The notes below the pieces were generated by a model. That model saw only the letters and a list, made by a program, of their open reading frames with translations. It made no database searches and was not told the DNA's origin. Below are positions 53,649-64,000 of a stretch of 64,000 bases of DNA, in pieces. The position numbers and the translations under genes were made by a program. The first letter of the stretch is position 1, and every line of letters begins with the position of its first letter. Source of the stretch: an uncultured bacterium (lineage in GTDB: Bacteria > CSSED10-310); assembly GCA_964512995.1 (NCBI GenBank), contig CAZELM010000003.1:33379-97378 (forward strand), written 5' to 3'.

Positions 53649-54044
53649 ATGATGACGGACCCAATTGCTGATATGCTGACTCGAATCCGTAATGCAAACA
53701 TGATTAAAATGGAAACAGTAGATATTCCTGCGTCAAAGCTTAAAATGTCTATTGCACAAATACTTGAAAAAACAGGATTTATTCAAGGATTTGTTAAAAA
53801 TGAAAATGGAAAGCAAGGAATATTACGCATTTCGATGAAATATTCTCCGAAAGGTGAAACCGTAATCCATCAACTGAAACGGATCAGTGTGCCGAGTCGT
53901 AGAATCTATGTTAAAGCAGAAGACATTACTGAATCGTGTGGTGGATTGGGGATTTCTATTGTTTCTACATCACAAGGTCTTATGACGGGTCAAGACGCAA
54001 AACGAAAAAATATTGGTGGCGAGCTCATCTGTGAAGTATGGTAA
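53649..54044 (+). CDS. rpsH: Ribosomal protein S8
   Basis: MMTDPIADMLTRIRNA. Confidence 0.95.
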   Translation: MMTDPIADMLTRIRNANMIKMETVDIPASKLKMSIAQILEKTGFIQGFVKNENGKQGILRISMKYSPKGETVIHQLKRISVPSRRIYVKAEDITESCGGLGISIVSTSQGLMTGQDAKRKNIGGELICEVW

Positions 54045-54083
54045 GACCCCAAGGTCGATCACAGCGTGAAAGGAAAATAGCCA

Positions 54084-54617
54084 ATGTCAAGAGTAGGCAA
54101 TAAAATAATCAAAATACCTCCTGAAGTAACAGTGAAAATAAAAGATCGTCAAATCGATGTAAAAGGTCCACAGGGTGCGCTGACCTATGAGATTCCAAAA
54201 GGGATTTTAATGGAATTGAACGATCGGGATCTGAGAATCAAGCGAGAATCAGACGAACGAAATTTTCGAGCTTTGCATGGGCTGGCACGTGCGTTAATTT
54301 CGAATATGATTGTTGGTGTTTCAGTCGGTTTTACTCGCAACCTCGTTGTTGATGGTGTCGGTTATCGTGTCCAGTCCAAAGGATCAACAATCACCATGAG
54401 CCTTGGTTATTCACATCCAATTGAATATACCGTACCAGAAGGCATCACCGTGGCAGTTGATAAAAATAAAATAATCCTGCGTGGGTATGATAAGCAATTG
54501 CTGGGTCAGGTTGCCGCGAATGTCAGAAGTTTTCGAGAAGTGGAACCTTACAAAGGAAAAGGGATTCGCTATGAAAACGAAGTTGTCCGACGGAAAGAAG
54601 GAAAAGTCGGAACATAA
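54084..54617 (+). CDS. rplF: Ribosomal protein L6
   Basis: [19 protein letters not shown]; 177 aa. Confidence 0.95.
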   Translation: MSRVGNKIIKIPPEVTVKIKDRQIDVKGPQGALTYEIPKGILMELNDRDLRIKRESDERNFRALHGLARALISNMIVGVSVGFTRNLVVDGVGYRVQSKGSTITMSLGYSHPIEYTVPEGITVAVDKNKIILRGYDKQLLGQVAANVRSFREVEPYKGKGIRYENEVVRRKEGKVGT

Positions 54618-54640
54618 TATCGGATAAGGAGTTCTTCAAC

Positions 54641-55012
54641 GTGAGTCAAAATTACGAAAAGATAAAAAAAATGCGCCAGAATAGAGAACGGCGTACACGC
54701 CTTAAAATCAAACGTTTTACGTTACGTCCAAGATTAGTTGTGTTCCGGTCATCAAAACATATTTATGCTCAGATCGTTGACGACTCAAACGGGAATACCA
54801 TTGCAAGCGCTTCAACACTCGTCAAAGAATTCCAGGAGTTGCAGCCATCACTTCGCGGAATCGATGCCGCAAAATGGGTGGGCAAATTGATTGCGAAGAA
54901 AGCAATCGCTACTGGAATTCACAAAGTTGTTTTTGATCGAGGGAGATTTTTGTATCACGGACGTGTAAAAGCATTAGCTGAATCCGCTAGAGAGACTGGA
55001 TTGGATTTTTAA
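54641..55012 (+). CDS. rplR: Ribosomal protein L18
   Basis: [18 protein letters not shown]...; 123 aa. Confidence 0.9.
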   Translation: MSQNYEKIKKMRQNRERRTRLKIKRFTLRPRLVVFRSSKHIYAQIVDDSNGNTIASASTLVKEFQELQPSLRGIDAAKWVGKLIAKKAIATGIHKVVFDRGRFLYHGRVKALAESARETGLDF

Positions 55013-55024
55013 CAGGAGTGTTCC

Positions 55025-55510
55025 ATGGAGCCTATTATTAATGATGAATTCGAATTTATTGATAAAGTAGTCCACATCAATCGCGTCGCGAAAGTTTCAA
55101 AAGGTGGACGCCGCTTCAATTTTAGCGTTATTGTTGTTGTTGGCGATGGTAATGGACGTGTTGGTGTTGGTCTTGGGAAAGCAAAAGAAGTCCCTGAAGC
55201 GATCCGTAAGGGCATTGAAAAAGCCAAGAAGTCAATGATCTCAATCCCATTGAAGGGACGAACTATCCCCCATAAAGTCACAGGTGTTTTCGGTGCAGGA
55301 AAAGTCATTCTGCGACCTGCTGGGAAAGGAACCGGCGTTATTGCCGGAGGCCCCGTTCGTGCAGTTTTGGAAGCGGTGGGAATCGAAGATATTTTAACAA
55401 AATCATTAGGCTCCAATAATCCCGGAAATGTTGTAAAAGCAACAATCGCAGGATTGAAGAACTTATTGAGCCAGCAGAAAGTCGAGGAGCTCAGAGGAAT
55501 TACACTCTAG
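55025..55510 (+). CDS. rpsE: Ribosomal protein S5
   Basis: [42 protein letters not shown]. Confidence 0.95.
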   Translation: MEPIINDEFEFIDKVVHINRVAKVSKGGRRFNFSVIVVVGDGNGRVGVGLGKAKEVPEAIRKGIEKAKKSMISIPLKGRTIPHKVTGVFGAGKVILRPAGKGTGVIAGGPVRAVLEAVGIEDILTKSLGSNNPGNVVKATIAGLKNLLSQQKVEELRGITL

Positions 55511-55550
55511 ACTCCACGAGAATGCTATTCCGTGTAAAAAGGAAAAAAAC

Positions 55551-55739
55551 ATGACAGATAAACTGAAAATTACCTGGATGAAAAGCAATATCGGTGGCCC
55601 TCATAAGTTAATGGACACGATACGGGGACTTGGCTTGAGACGATTACACCATACTGTCATTCGTTCTGATCGACCTGAAATTCGTGGGATGGTAAAAAAA
55701 GTCATTCACCTCGTGCGAGTTGAGGAATTTCAAGATTAA
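55551..55739 (+). CDS. rpmD: Ribosomal protein L30
   Basis: 62 aa; [28 protein letters not shown]. Confidence 0.9.
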   Translation: MTDKLKITWMKSNIGGPHKLMDTIRGLGLRRLHHTVIRSDRPEIRGMVKKVIHLVRVEEFQD

Positions 55740-55769
55740 TCATGCTGAACTATAAGGAAAAGGATAATT

Positions 55770-56216
55770 ATGGAATTGCATAATTTAGAAATTGCTCCAG
55801 GTGCTCGACAAGCACGAAAGCGAGTTGGAAGAGGTTCTGGTTCAGGATTAGGCACTACAGCGGGCCGAGGAACAAAAGGACAAAAAGCACGCTCGGGCTG
55901 TAAAATTCGTCGAGGTTTTGAAGGTGGGCAGATGCCCTTATACCGCCGACTGCCCAAACGAGGGTTTAAAAATGTCAACCGGAAAGAATACGCAGTAGTA
56001 AATATAAAAGATTTAGCAGAGCATTTCGACGCTGGGTCAACGGTTTCTATCCAGGATTTGATGGAAAAGAATTTATTAAAGAAAACATTCGATGGCATCA
56101 AAATTTTAGGGGAAGGAGACCTCTCCAAACCTCTGCATATTGAAGCGCACCGGTTTTCAAAAGTCGCTGTTCAAAAAATTCAAGAGGCGGGTGGAACCGT
56201 TAAGGAGTTGAAATAG
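55770..56216 (+). CDS. rplO: Ribosomal protein L15
   Basis: [38 protein letters not shown]. Confidence 0.95.
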   Translation: MELHNLEIAPGARQARKRVGRGSGSGLGTTAGRGTKGQKARSGCKIRRGFEGGQMPLYRRLPKRGFKNVNRKEYAVVNIKDLAEHFDAGSTVSIQDLMEKNLLKKTFDGIKILGEGDLSKPLHIEAHRFSKVAVQKIQEAGGTVKELK

Positions 56217-57526
56217 TGCTCGAATCAGTTGCAAATATCTTCAAAATCCCCGAATTAAAGCGCCGCATTCTATTTACATTAGCTCTTTTAGCAGTATATA
56301 GAATGGGTGCATATATCCCAACTCCCGGCATCGATGGCGTTCAACTGAAGAAAATCATGGAACAGAACGCGGAAGGCATTTTGGGATTTTTAGATATGTT
56401 TTCCGGCGGAGCTTTCGCTCAGTTGACAGTCTTTGCGCTTGGGATAATGCCCTATATCAGTGCTGCAATTATTCTTCAATTGCTCGCAGTCGTTGTTCCA
56501 TACCTCGAACGACTCTCAAAAGAAGGCGAAGCAGGTCGGAAAAAGATAACACAATACACACGCTATGGAACGGTCGGCTTATCACTGATTCAGTCGCTCG
56601 GAATTGCGCTTGGCTTAGAAGGTATGATGGGTGGATCATTGGTTATTGGCGGAGGCGGCTGGACATTCCGTTTTATGACAATGATTACATTAACTGCAGG
56701 CACCGCTTTTATTATGTGGCTTGGAGAGCAGATAACTGAACGTGGTATCGGAAATGGTATTTCATTGATCATTTTTGCAGGTATTGTAGCTCGATTGCCT
56801 TCTGCTGTAGTCGTTACGATTCAAGATTTGTTTCGAAATCAGATGAAGCCATACACATTGATATTTATTCTGCTCGTGATCATTTTAGTTACAGCAGGTA
56901 CTGTAGTAATGCAACAAGCGCAACGGCGAATTCCCGTTCAATATGCGAAACGAGTCGTAGGCCGTCGCATGATGGGTGGAGCAAGCACACATATCCCATT
57001 ACGGATCAATACTGCCGGAGTAATGCCGGTTATTTTTGCATCATCAATTTTGATGTTCCCAATTACGATTTTAAAATTTGCAGCCAATAATGACCGCCCA
57101 ATCATTCAGTGGCTCCTCGATAATTTTCAACCCGGTTCATTTTTATATATGTTCCTCTATGTTGCCTGCACGATTTTCTTCACATACTTTTATACAGCTA
57201 TTATTTTTAACCCGGTCGATCTAGCGGATAATATGAAAAAATATGGTGGATTTATCCCTGGAATACGACCTGGTCGCAATACAGCAGAATTCATAGATCG
57301 GACATTGACGAAAGTTACTCTGGTTGGAGCTGTCTTTTTATCCGGTATCGCCTTGCTCCCTACAATGTTATATACATGGTTCAATGTTCAGTTCTATTTT
57401 GGAGGGACAGCGTTGCTCATTGTCGTCGGTGTCGGCTTGGATACTATTCAACAGATCGAATCTCATCTCCTTATGCGTCATTACGACGGATTTATGAAAA
57501 AAGGAAGAATTCGAGGACGAAAATAA
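56216..57526 (+). CDS. secY: Preprotein translocase subunit SecY
   Basis: 436 aa. 10 TM helices. Conserved SecY motifs (GIMPYISA, GTALLIVVGV). Confidence 0.95.
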   Translation: MLESVANIFKIPELKRRILFTLALLAVYRMGAYIPTPGIDGVQLKKIMEQNAEGILGFLDMFSGGAFAQLTVFALGIMPYISAAIILQLLAVVVPYLERLSKEGEAGRKKITQYTRYGTVGLSLIQSLGIALGLEGMMGGSLVIGGGGWTFRFMTMITLTAGTAFIMWLGEQITERGIGNGISLIIFAGIVARLPSAVVVTIQDLFRNQMKPYTLIFILLVIILVTAGTVVMQQAQRRIPVQYAKRVVGRRMMGGASTHIPLRINTAGVMPVIFASSILMFPITILKFAANNDRPIIQWLLDNFQPGSFLYMFLYVACTIFFTYFYTAIIFNPVDLADNMKKYGGFIPGIRPGRNTAEFIDRTLTKVTLVGAVFLSGIALLPTMLYTWFNVQFYFGGTALLIVVGVGLDTIQQIESHLLMRHYDGFMKKGRIRGRK

Positions 57527-57556
57527 CTTTGCAACGATGATGAAATGCGCGGTGTA

Positions 57557-58231
57557 ATGAAGAATTATCGAGTTATATTTCTGGGTCCTCCTGGATCAGG
57601 GAAAGGAACACAATCACTTCAGCTTGCCAAGCAACTCAAAGTTCCACAGATCTCAACAGGCGATATTCTGCGGAATGAAATCAAGCGTGTCTCGCCGATC
57701 GGTCGTCAAGCGGAAATCTACATGACTGAAGGATTGTTAGTCCCTGATGATATAATTTTAGCGATTGTTGGATCCAGGTTGAAAGAAGTGGATTGTAAGA
57801 ATGGATTCATACTCGATGGGTTCCCGCGGACAGTGTCTCAGGCACGTTCACTGAAACATGATCTCGGTGTCGATGTTGATTATGTTCTTTTTTTGGATAT
57901 CCCTGACGATGTGCTTCTTAAACGACTGTCTGGACGAAGAATCTGTTCGAATTGCCAAAAAATGTTCCATATTGACCTAAATCCATCTGCAAAAATGGAG
58001 TATTGCGATTTTTGTGGCGGTCAGTTGATTATTCGCGATGATGATTCAGAGTACACGGTCGCTCAAAGAATTAATGTATTCAGGGAGCAGACTCAACCAG
58101 TTATTGAATTTTATCAAAATACTGAAGGTATCCGATATTTTGCTATTTCCGGAGGACAAGACGGCAACGATCCCCCGGCAGCGATAGCCGAGAGAATTAG
58201 AATTGCATTGCAAATTGAGTATCACACATGA
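57557..58231 (+). CDS. adk: Adenylate kinase (zinc-lid form)
   Basis: P-loop GPPGSGKGTQ. Lid CSNCQKMFH...CDFCGG. Confidence 0.9.
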   Translation: MKNYRVIFLGPPGSGKGTQSLQLAKQLKVPQISTGDILRNEIKRVSPIGRQAEIYMTEGLLVPDDIILAIVGSRLKEVDCKNGFILDGFPRTVSQARSLKHDLGVDVDYVLFLDIPDDVLLKRLSGRRICSNCQKMFHIDLNPSAKMEYCDFCGGQLIIRDDDSEYTVAQRINVFREQTQPVIEFYQNTEGIRYFAISGGQDGNDPPAAIAERIRIALQIEYHT

Positions 58232-59004
58232 TTTTTCTCAAATCGGATTCAGAGCTATCCCTTCTTCGATCAGCAAATCAAATTGTGGCGGATACGCTTA
58301 TTTTGCTAGAAGGCTACATAAAACCCGATGTTACTACCGAATTTTTGGATGCGAAATGTGAAGAATTCATTCTCAAGAACAAAGCAAAACCAGCATTCAA
58401 AGGCTATCGAGGTTTTCCAAATGCATTATGTGTCTCTGTAAATAATGAGGTTGTTCATGGGATCCCTGGTTCTAGAAAACTAGCTGACGGTGATATTGTC
58501 AGTTGTGATGTCGGTGTTTTATACAAGGATTTTTTTGGTGATGCTGCCATGACCTTTCCGGTAGGGAAAATATCTGAAGTTGCGAAAAAACTCATCAATA
58601 TCACTGAGCAATCATTGTATTTAGGCATTGAACAGGCATTGGCCGGAAATCGATTATATGATATAAGTCATGCGATACAGACTCATGTAGAGCGTAATGG
58701 ATTCTCTGTAGTTCGCATATTCGTAGGGCATGGCATCGGGCGACATCTTCATGAGGAACCACAAATCCCAAACTATGGGTCACCGGGCAGAGGAGTGCGG
58801 TTGAAGGAAGGTATGGTCTTGGCTCTGGAGCCAATGGTTAATGTCGGATATAGTGGAGTGAAGTTTTTAAAAGATGGATGGACAGCCGTCACAGAAGATG
58901 GTAGCCTCTCTGCTCATTTCGAACATTCGATTGTTGTTCGAAAACAAACTCCCGAGATTCTAAGTCTGCAACGAAATCGCAAACCGATGAACATGAAATT
59001 GTAA
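58228..59004 (+). CDS. map: Methionine aminopeptidase type I
   Basis: Metal ligands in conserved context (DIVSCDVGV, HGIGRHLHE, ALEPMVN, EHSIVV). Confidence 0.9.
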   Translation: MIFLKSDSELSLLRSANQIVADTLILLEGYIKPDVTTEFLDAKCEEFILKNKAKPAFKGYRGFPNALCVSVNNEVVHGIPGSRKLADGDIVSCDVGVLYKDFFGDAAMTFPVGKISEVAKKLINITEQSLYLGIEQALAGNRLYDISHAIQTHVERNGFSVVRIFVGHGIGRHLHEEPQIPNYGSPGRGVRLKEGMVLALEPMVNVGYSGVKFLKDGWTAVTEDGSLSAHFEHSIVVRKQTPEILSLQRNRKPMNMKL

Positions 59005-59025
59005 TAATCGGAGTGGAGAAAAATA

Positions 59026-59139
59026 ATGAAAGTCAAGGCTTCGGTAAAAAAAATTTGTGATAAATGCAAAATCATAAAAAGGCATGGAGTTGTTAGAGTT
59101 ATTTGTGTAAACCCGAAACATAAACAACGTCAGGGCTGA
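59026..59139 (+). CDS. rpmJ: Ribosomal protein L36 (37 aa, C3H zinc form). Not in the ORF track
   Basis: [37 protein letters not shown]. Located between map and rpsM. Confidence 0.85.
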   Translation: MKVKASVKKICDKCKIIKRHGVVRVICVNPKHKQRQG

Positions 59140-59169
59140 TAGCATTTCAGGTTGATCTGATAGGAGGAT

Positions 59170-59547
59170 GTGATGGCACGTATAGCGGGTGTTGATTTAA
59201 ATAAAAATAAAAGAGTAGAAATCGCTCTGACCGGTATTTTTGGTATCGGAGTAGCCAGTTCACAGAAAATACTAAAAACTGCGAATGTGAATCCTGATAC
59301 ACGAGTTAAAGATCTGACCGAAGCAGAGGTAAGACGGTTACGTCAGATTATTGAAAAAGATTACCGCGTAGAGGGTGCGCTCCGTCAGGAAGTGTCTTTT
59401 AACATAAAACGGATGATGGATCTCGGAACATATCGGGGACTCCGACATCGCAGAGGCCTTCCTGTGCGTGGACAGCGGACGAATACAAACGCACGAACAC
59501 GAAAAGGAAGAAAACATCGGATCGGTTCTGCTAAACGAGAGAAGTGA
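59170..59547 (+). CDS. rpsM: Ribosomal protein S13
   Basis: [26 protein letters not shown]. Confidence 0.95.
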   Translation: MMARIAGVDLNKNKRVEIALTGIFGIGVASSQKILKTANVNPDTRVKDLTEAEVRRLRQIIEKDYRVEGALRQEVSFNIKRMMDLGTYRGLRHRRGLPVRGQRTNTNARTRKGRKHRIGSAKREK

Positions 59548-59576
59548 GATTAGGCTTTTAATAAAGGGAGCACAGA

Positions 59577-59969
59577 ATGGCGAAACAAAAAAAGAGAGTT
59601 ACAAAAAAGGTACAAAAGAAAGAAGTACGGCAAGGAATTGCTCATATTCAATCGACCTTTAACAACACAATTGTGACAATTACAGATCTTCAAGGAAATA
59701 CGCTTTCATGGGCTTCTGCTGGCACAATAGGGCAAAAGGGATCACGAAAAAGTACGCCGTTTGCAGCACAGATCGTTGCAAAGGAAGCTGCGGTCAAGGC
59801 GATGGAATTTGGATTGAAATTTGTTGAAGTTCATGTGAAAGGACCTGGTGCTGGAAGAGAATCAGCAATCCGTTCGTTACAGGCCAGCGGTCTGGAAGTG
59901 AAAGCAATCAGAGATGTTACACCTATTCCACATAATGGATGTCGACCTCCCAAACGTCGACGAGTTTAA
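59577..59969 (+). CDS. rpsK: Ribosomal protein S11
   Basis: [22 protein letters not shown]. Confidence 0.95.
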   Translation: MAKQKKRVTKKVQKKEVRQGIAHIQSTFNNTIVTITDLQGNTLSWASAGTIGQKGSRKSTPFAAQIVAKEAAVKAMEFGLKFVEVHVKGPGAGRESAIRSLQASGLEVKAIRDVTPIPHNGCRPPKRRRV

Positions 59970-59994
59970 TTATCTATAAGAAGGAGATTGAACC

Positions 59995-60612
59995 TTGGCG
60001 AGATATACCCAATCTGTTTGTCGGCTCTGTCGAAGAGAAGGTGAGAAATTATTCTTAAAAGGAAATCGCTGCTCAACAGAAAAATGTGCTTTCGACAGAC
60101 GAAATTACGCTCCAGGTCAACACGGTCAGCGACGACCCAGAGTATCTAATTTCGGAATCCAACTCCGCGAAAAACAAAAAGTTAGAAGATCCTATGGCTT
60201 GATGGAAAAGCAATTCAAAAACCTGTTCAAACGTGCCGAGAGAATGAAAGGTGTTACTGGGAACAATTTTATTATTCTTTTGGAATCCCGAATGGACAAT
60301 GTGATCTATCGTGCCGGTTTTGCTTTGTCACGAAAACAGGCTCGTCAATTAGTCAACCATGGCCATTTTACTTTAAATGGTAAAAGTGTCGATATTCCAT
60401 CATACTCCGTAAAGCCTGGGGATATCATCGAAGCAAAAGAAAAGAGCAAGCTTATTGTTCCAATCATGGAAGCCATCAATGCTGCTCCACAGATACCAGA
60501 GTGGCTTAAGGTTGATTCTGCAACAGTCAAAGTTGAAGTTCTCTCTTCTCCAATGAGAGAATTGGTACAGAATATTCAAGAACAGCTCATCGTTGAGTTC
60601 TTCTCTCGATAA
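59995..60612 (+). CDS. rpsD: Ribosomal protein S4
   Basis: [26 protein letters not shown]. Confidence 0.95.
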   Translation: MARYTQSVCRLCRREGEKLFLKGNRCSTEKCAFDRRNYAPGQHGQRRPRVSNFGIQLREKQKVRRSYGLMEKQFKNLFKRAERMKGVTGNNFIILLESRMDNVIYRAGFALSRKQARQLVNHGHFTLNGKSVDIPSYSVKPGDIIEAKEKSKLIVPIMEAINAAPQIPEWLKVDSATVKVEVLSSPMRELVQNIQEQLIVEFFSR

Positions 60613-60650
60613 AGTGATTTCTATAGAAGCTGAGAAGGAGGCAGTGTCCG

Positions 60651-61730
60651 ATGCAATGGAAAGGGTTACCAAAACCGAAACGGCTTAATGTTGATTTTGA
60701 TACATTAACCACGCACTATGGAAAATTTTGGGCAGAACCATTTGAAAGAGGATTTGGTATCACAATCGGCAATTCACTCCGACGCGTTATCCTTTCTTCG
60801 ATCCCAGGAGCTGCGGTCACAGATGTAAAAATTGATGGAGTTCTCCATGAATTTTCAACAATTCCTGATGTCGTTGAAGATGTCACAAATATCATCCTCA
60901 ATGTGAAAGAACTTCTCGTAAAACTGCACGTTGACCATCCCAAAAAAATCGTCTTGGATAAAAAAGGTCCGGGCGATGCAACGGCCGGAGATATCCAGAC
61001 CGATGCTGATGTCGAGATATTAAACAAAGATCTGCATATCGCAACACTCGACAGAGGCGGACGGCTTCGAATGGAAATGACTGTGAAGAAAGGCCGTGGA
61101 TATCAGTCGGCAGAAAAGAATTTTGATGATGAACAACCTATCGGCGTGATACCCATTGATGCTGTTTTTTCACCAGTGAAAAAAGTGAACTTCAAAGTCG
61201 AAGCTGCACGATTGGGTCGTGAAACCGATTATGATAAACTCATCCTGGAAGTTTATACAGACGGAACAGTGACACCCGACGAAACGGTTTCTCATGCTGC
61301 ACAAATATTACGAGAACATTTTTCTTTGTTTATTACATTTGATGATGTTCAATCCGAAGAAGAAGAAAAAGTAGATCTTCAGTATGAAGAGATGTATCGA
61401 AATCTGACAAGGAGCGTTGATGAGTTAGAACTTTCTGTTCGATCCCAAAATTGTCTGAGTCGAGCAAATATTCGTGTAATCTCTGATCTTGTTCAACGAA
61501 CAGAGAGTGAAATGTTGAAAACCAGAAATTTCGGACGTAAATCCCTCAATGAGATCAAAGAAGTTCTGGATTCAATGGGTCTTTCGTTCGGAATGGATAT
61601 CAGCCAGTTCGGGTTCACCCCCAGACCTGCTCCATCGGTACTTGATGATGAAGATGATCTCGATGATGATATTGATGATGATTATGATGACAATGATTTC
61701 GATGATGACGAAGATGATATATTAATGTAA
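60651..61730 (+). CDS. rpoA: DNA-directed RNA polymerase alpha subunit RpoA with a poly-acidic C-terminal tail
   Basis: alpha-NTD ([19 protein letters not shown]), alpha-CTD ([16 protein letters not shown]), then [25 protein letters not shown]. Confidence 0.95.
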   Translation: MQWKGLPKPKRLNVDFDTLTTHYGKFWAEPFERGFGITIGNSLRRVILSSIPGAAVTDVKIDGVLHEFSTIPDVVEDVTNIILNVKELLVKLHVDHPKKIVLDKKGPGDATAGDIQTDADVEILNKDLHIATLDRGGRLRMEMTVKKGRGYQSAEKNFDDEQPIGVIPIDAVFSPVKKVNFKVEAARLGRETDYDKLILEVYTDGTVTPDETVSHAAQILREHFSLFITFDDVQSEEEEKVDLQYEEMYRNLTRSVDELELSVRSQNCLSRANIRVISDLVQRTESEMLKTRNFGRKSLNEIKEVLDSMGLSFGMDISQFGFTPRPAPSVLDDEDDLDDDIDDDYDDNDFDDDEDDILM

Positions 61731-61769
61731 TAACTGCCAATCAACAACATTTTGCCATACATGTAAAAG

Positions 61770-62171
61770 GTGGTCCTTATGAGACATCGTAAAATAAAGC
61801 GAAAACTCGGTAGAAATTCGAGTCATCGCAGTGCAATGTTGAAGAATATGACTGCATCTTTGATTGAACTTGAGCGGATTCAAACAACTCTTCCCAAGGC
61901 CAAAGAAGTTCAAAAGATGATAGATCATGTCATTACCTTAGCAAAAATGGAACATCTCCATGCACGACGACAAGTGCTGTCGTTAATCCCGCAAAAAACA
62001 ACTGTTGGAAAGTTGTTTAAAACCCTGGCATCTCGTTATTCTGACAGAAATGGGGGATTTACTCGGATCTATAAACTCGGCTTTCGACGTGGTGATGCTG
62101 CAGAAATGGCCATCATTGAACTTGTAGATGCCGAACTTCCAAAAACAAGCGAAAAGCCAGAAAAAAAGTAG
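61770..62171 (+). CDS. rplQ: Ribosomal protein L17
   Basis: MRHRKIKRKLGRNSSHRSAMLKNM. Confidence 0.95.
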   Translation: MVLMRHRKIKRKLGRNSSHRSAMLKNMTASLIELERIQTTLPKAKEVQKMIDHVITLAKMEHLHARRQVLSLIPQKTTVGKLFKTLASRYSDRNGGFTRIYKLGFRRGDAAEMAIIELVDAELPKTSEKPEKK

Positions 62172-62192
62172 ACCGCTACGCACCATTTCCCA

Positions 62193-62618
62193 ATGGAAAA
62201 GGAAAGATACCCCACCACAACAGAATCAGTAGACAACAGAAAAATATTGATTATTGACGATGATGCGCTGGTGATCGAAGCATTAACAGCGATTCTTGAA
62301 TTCCAGGGGTATAATGTAACATATGCAATCACTGGAACCGAAGGACTTGCCAACATGAAAGCAAGCTCTTTCGGTTTGCTGATTCTGGATCTAAAAATTC
62401 CAGATATCAGTGGATTCGATATACTACAGACGGTTCAAAAGGAATATCCTCTTCTAAAAGTCATTATCATCACTGGATATGGAACAATGGATAACGCAAA
62501 AAAATCCATTTTATATGGTGCGTCAGCTTATTTTGATAAACCGATAGATATTCAGCGATTTGTGAGGAAGGTCAAAGACATTCTACCGCTGGGGACTTGG
62601 CCCCATCTGCCGTTTTAA
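62193..62618 (+). CDS. Single-domain response-regulator receiver (CheY-like)
   Basis: KILIIDDD...LLILDLKIPD...IIITGYG...YFDKP: the conserved DD, D, T and K positions of the receiver fold are present. Confidence 0.75.
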   Translation: MEKERYPTTTESVDNRKILIIDDDALVIEALTAILEFQGYNVTYAITGTEGLANMKASSFGLLILDLKIPDISGFDILQTVQKEYPLLKVIIITGYGTMDNAKKSILYGASAYFDKPIDIQRFVRKVKDILPLGTWPHLPF

Positions 62619-62682
62619 GTTCCTGGAAAATGGCATTTAAAAATAAAAAACAGATCATACCATTTCGTTGGTTTCTTTTCAC

Positions 62683-64000
62683 TCATTTTTCTGCATGTGA
62701 GTTCTTTAGATGATTCAGTATTTTTTTTGCCGTAATGACACCCACCCCAGAGATACTGATAAGATCTTTCAATGTAGCGTTTCGGATGTTTTCAATAGAC
62801 CCGAATTTTTGAAGTAACTTACCTCTTGTTTCTTTATTGAGTCGTGGAATATCGAGCAATGTCGATTGTATTTGAGCTTTCTCCTTTAATTCCCGATGAT
62901 AAGTTATCGCAAACCGGTGTGCTTCGTCTCGTATTCGGTCCAAAACCAGTAACTCCTTTGAGTCTGTATCAAGATTTATCTCTATTCCCGATTTTAAGAA
63001 AATGCCTTCAATGCTGCGATTATTGCGTATCTTCGCAATCGAAATTAATGGGATATCCAATTCTTGCTCATCAAGGATTTCTTTCGCAGCCCGTAATTGG
63101 TGATATCCCCCATCGATTAATAGCAAATCCGGCAATCCCCAGAAACTGCGATGGCCAATCCGTCTCCGTAATACTTCCTTGATTCGTTCAGGATCGCTTT
63201 GTGCCTTCGCATTGGCTAATTTGAATCGACGGTAGTTACTCTTATCCGGTTCGCCTTTTAAAAATGTGACGATACAACCCACCGGATACTTCCCCTGATT
63301 TTCAGAGATATCGATCGCTTCTATCCGTGCGGGATAGACAGGGAGCTTCAATGCTACCATCAATGAGTGTAATACATCGCTTTCATGTTTGACCGAATGA
63401 AGCTCCATCGTACGGCGGCGGTTTTCCAGATTAGCTGTAGCCATGCGAATCAGCGCATTTTTTATGCCTTTCTTCGGAACAGAAATAGTTACCTTTTGGT
63501 CTCTCTTTTGGCTTAAAAACATTTCAACAATGGACGAGGATTCAGGTTCAATATCGATTAAAATTTCAGATGGTATGGGTGATCCTTTCTCGTAATGATA
63601 CAGCAGAACTTTTTGAGCAATTTCGGAGCGATTGAACAGTTCGGTATTCTCAATCGTTACATAGGAATTACCGGTGATGATCCCTCCTCGGACATAAAGA
63701 ACTTCAGCGATCGGTATCTCATTATATATTGAACAGGCAAACACATCCAGGTCAATCGCATTGGGTAAAATCAATTTTCGTCCACCAGAAATGTATTTTA
63801 AAGATGCGATTTGATCTCTAATCTGAGCTGCTGCCTCAAAATTTAAATTGAGTGAGAATTGTTCCATCATCGGAAGTAGCTGAGCGATTAGTTCATGTGT
63901 CTTTCCTGACAGAAGCAGCCGGACCTGATCGACAGTCTTTTGATAAACGTCTCGAGATATCTGATTGATACAAATACCTGGACATCGATTCATCTGATAA
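62683..64000 (-). CDS. uvrC: Excinuclease ABC subunit C UvrC; N-terminus (GIY-YIG region) continues beyond the right window edge
   Basis: UvrBC-interaction and Cys-rich segment near the ORF start, RNase H-like endonuclease domain, C-terminal HhH2 (LDIPRLNKETRGKLLQKFGSIENI...ISGVG). Confidence 0.85.
   Translation of the reverse strand, partial: YQMNRCPGICINQISRDVYQKTVDQVRLLLSGKTHELIAQLLPMMEQFSLNLNFEAAAQIRDQIASLKYISGGRKLILPNAIDLDVFACSIYNEIPIAEVLYVRGGIITGNSYVTIENTELFNRSEIAQKVLLYHYEKGSPIPSEILIDIEPESSSIVEMFLSQKRDQKVTISVPKKGIKNALIRMATANLENRRRTMELHSVKHESDVLHSLMVALKLPVYPARIEAIDISENQGKYPVGCIVTFLKGEPDKSNYRRFKLANAKAQSDPERIKEVLRRRIGHRSFWGLPDLLLIDGGYHQLRAAKEILDEQELDIPLISIAKIRNNRSIEGIFLKSGIEINLDTDSKELLVLDRIRDEAHRFAITYHRELKEKAQIQSTLLDIPRLNKETRGKLLQKFGSIENIRNATLKDLISISGVGVITAKKILNHLKNSHAEK

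Noticed and set aside
62618-62683. Bidirectional terminator between the receiver gene and convergent uvrC
   Set aside because: Only a weak AAATGG/CCATTT 6-bp stem with a 25-nt AT-rich loop is visible; not convincing.

Overview
The window is a core chromosomal segment from a low-GC (~40%), probably diderm bacterium of uncertain lineage. Almost everything is on the + strand and forms several long operons. From the start: a chaperone locus (dnaK 3' end, dnaJ-like, HspR/CbpM-like MerR regulator, second dnaJ). Next, on the minus strand, a three-gene accessory cluster: a WbqC-like protein, a SAM methyltransferase, and a 778-aa protein with a TMEM260/DUF2723-like GT-C membrane glycosyltransferase domain plus TPR repeats. 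Then a DksA/TraR-like zinc finger gene and a membrane GAF-GGDEF diguanylate cyclase, a MazG gene on the minus strand, and a secreted subtilase with a dockerin-like N-terminal motif whose stop overlaps the start of an OM beta-barrel gene. A tsaC, hexapeptide-repeat (LbH) protein, and B12-binding radical SAM operon with overlapping stops and starts follows, then a TPR lipoprotein. Housekeeping blocks come next: lolB-like, ispE, tRNA-Gln, prs, rplY, pth; rpsF, rplI, dnaB; mlaE, mlaF, mlaD; ispF; rlmB. A tufB-type tRNA cluster (Thr-Tyr-Gly-Thr) precedes tuf, rpmG, tRNA-Trp, secE, nusG, rplKAJL, rpoB and rpoC. The window then runs rpsL, rpsG, a second tuf copy whose coding sequence is identical to the first, and complete S10, spc and alpha ribosomal operons through rplQ. 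It ends with a CheY-like receiver gene and a convergent partial uvrC. I found no CRISPR arrays, transposases or obvious defence genes. The most unusual signals are: (1) the tsaC/LbH/B12-radical-SAM operon; (2) the WbqC/methyltransferase/GT-C-TPR cluster; (3) two tuf copies with perfect identity bounded exactly by the coding sequence, much higher GC than the flanking genes, and no fusA between rpsG and tuf; (4) a Cys8 zinc-ribbon-like insertion in RpoB and other lineage-specific insertions or tails in RpoC, RpoA, S6 and L24. Non-ORF coordinates were derived by hand from the sequence text and may be off by a few bases.
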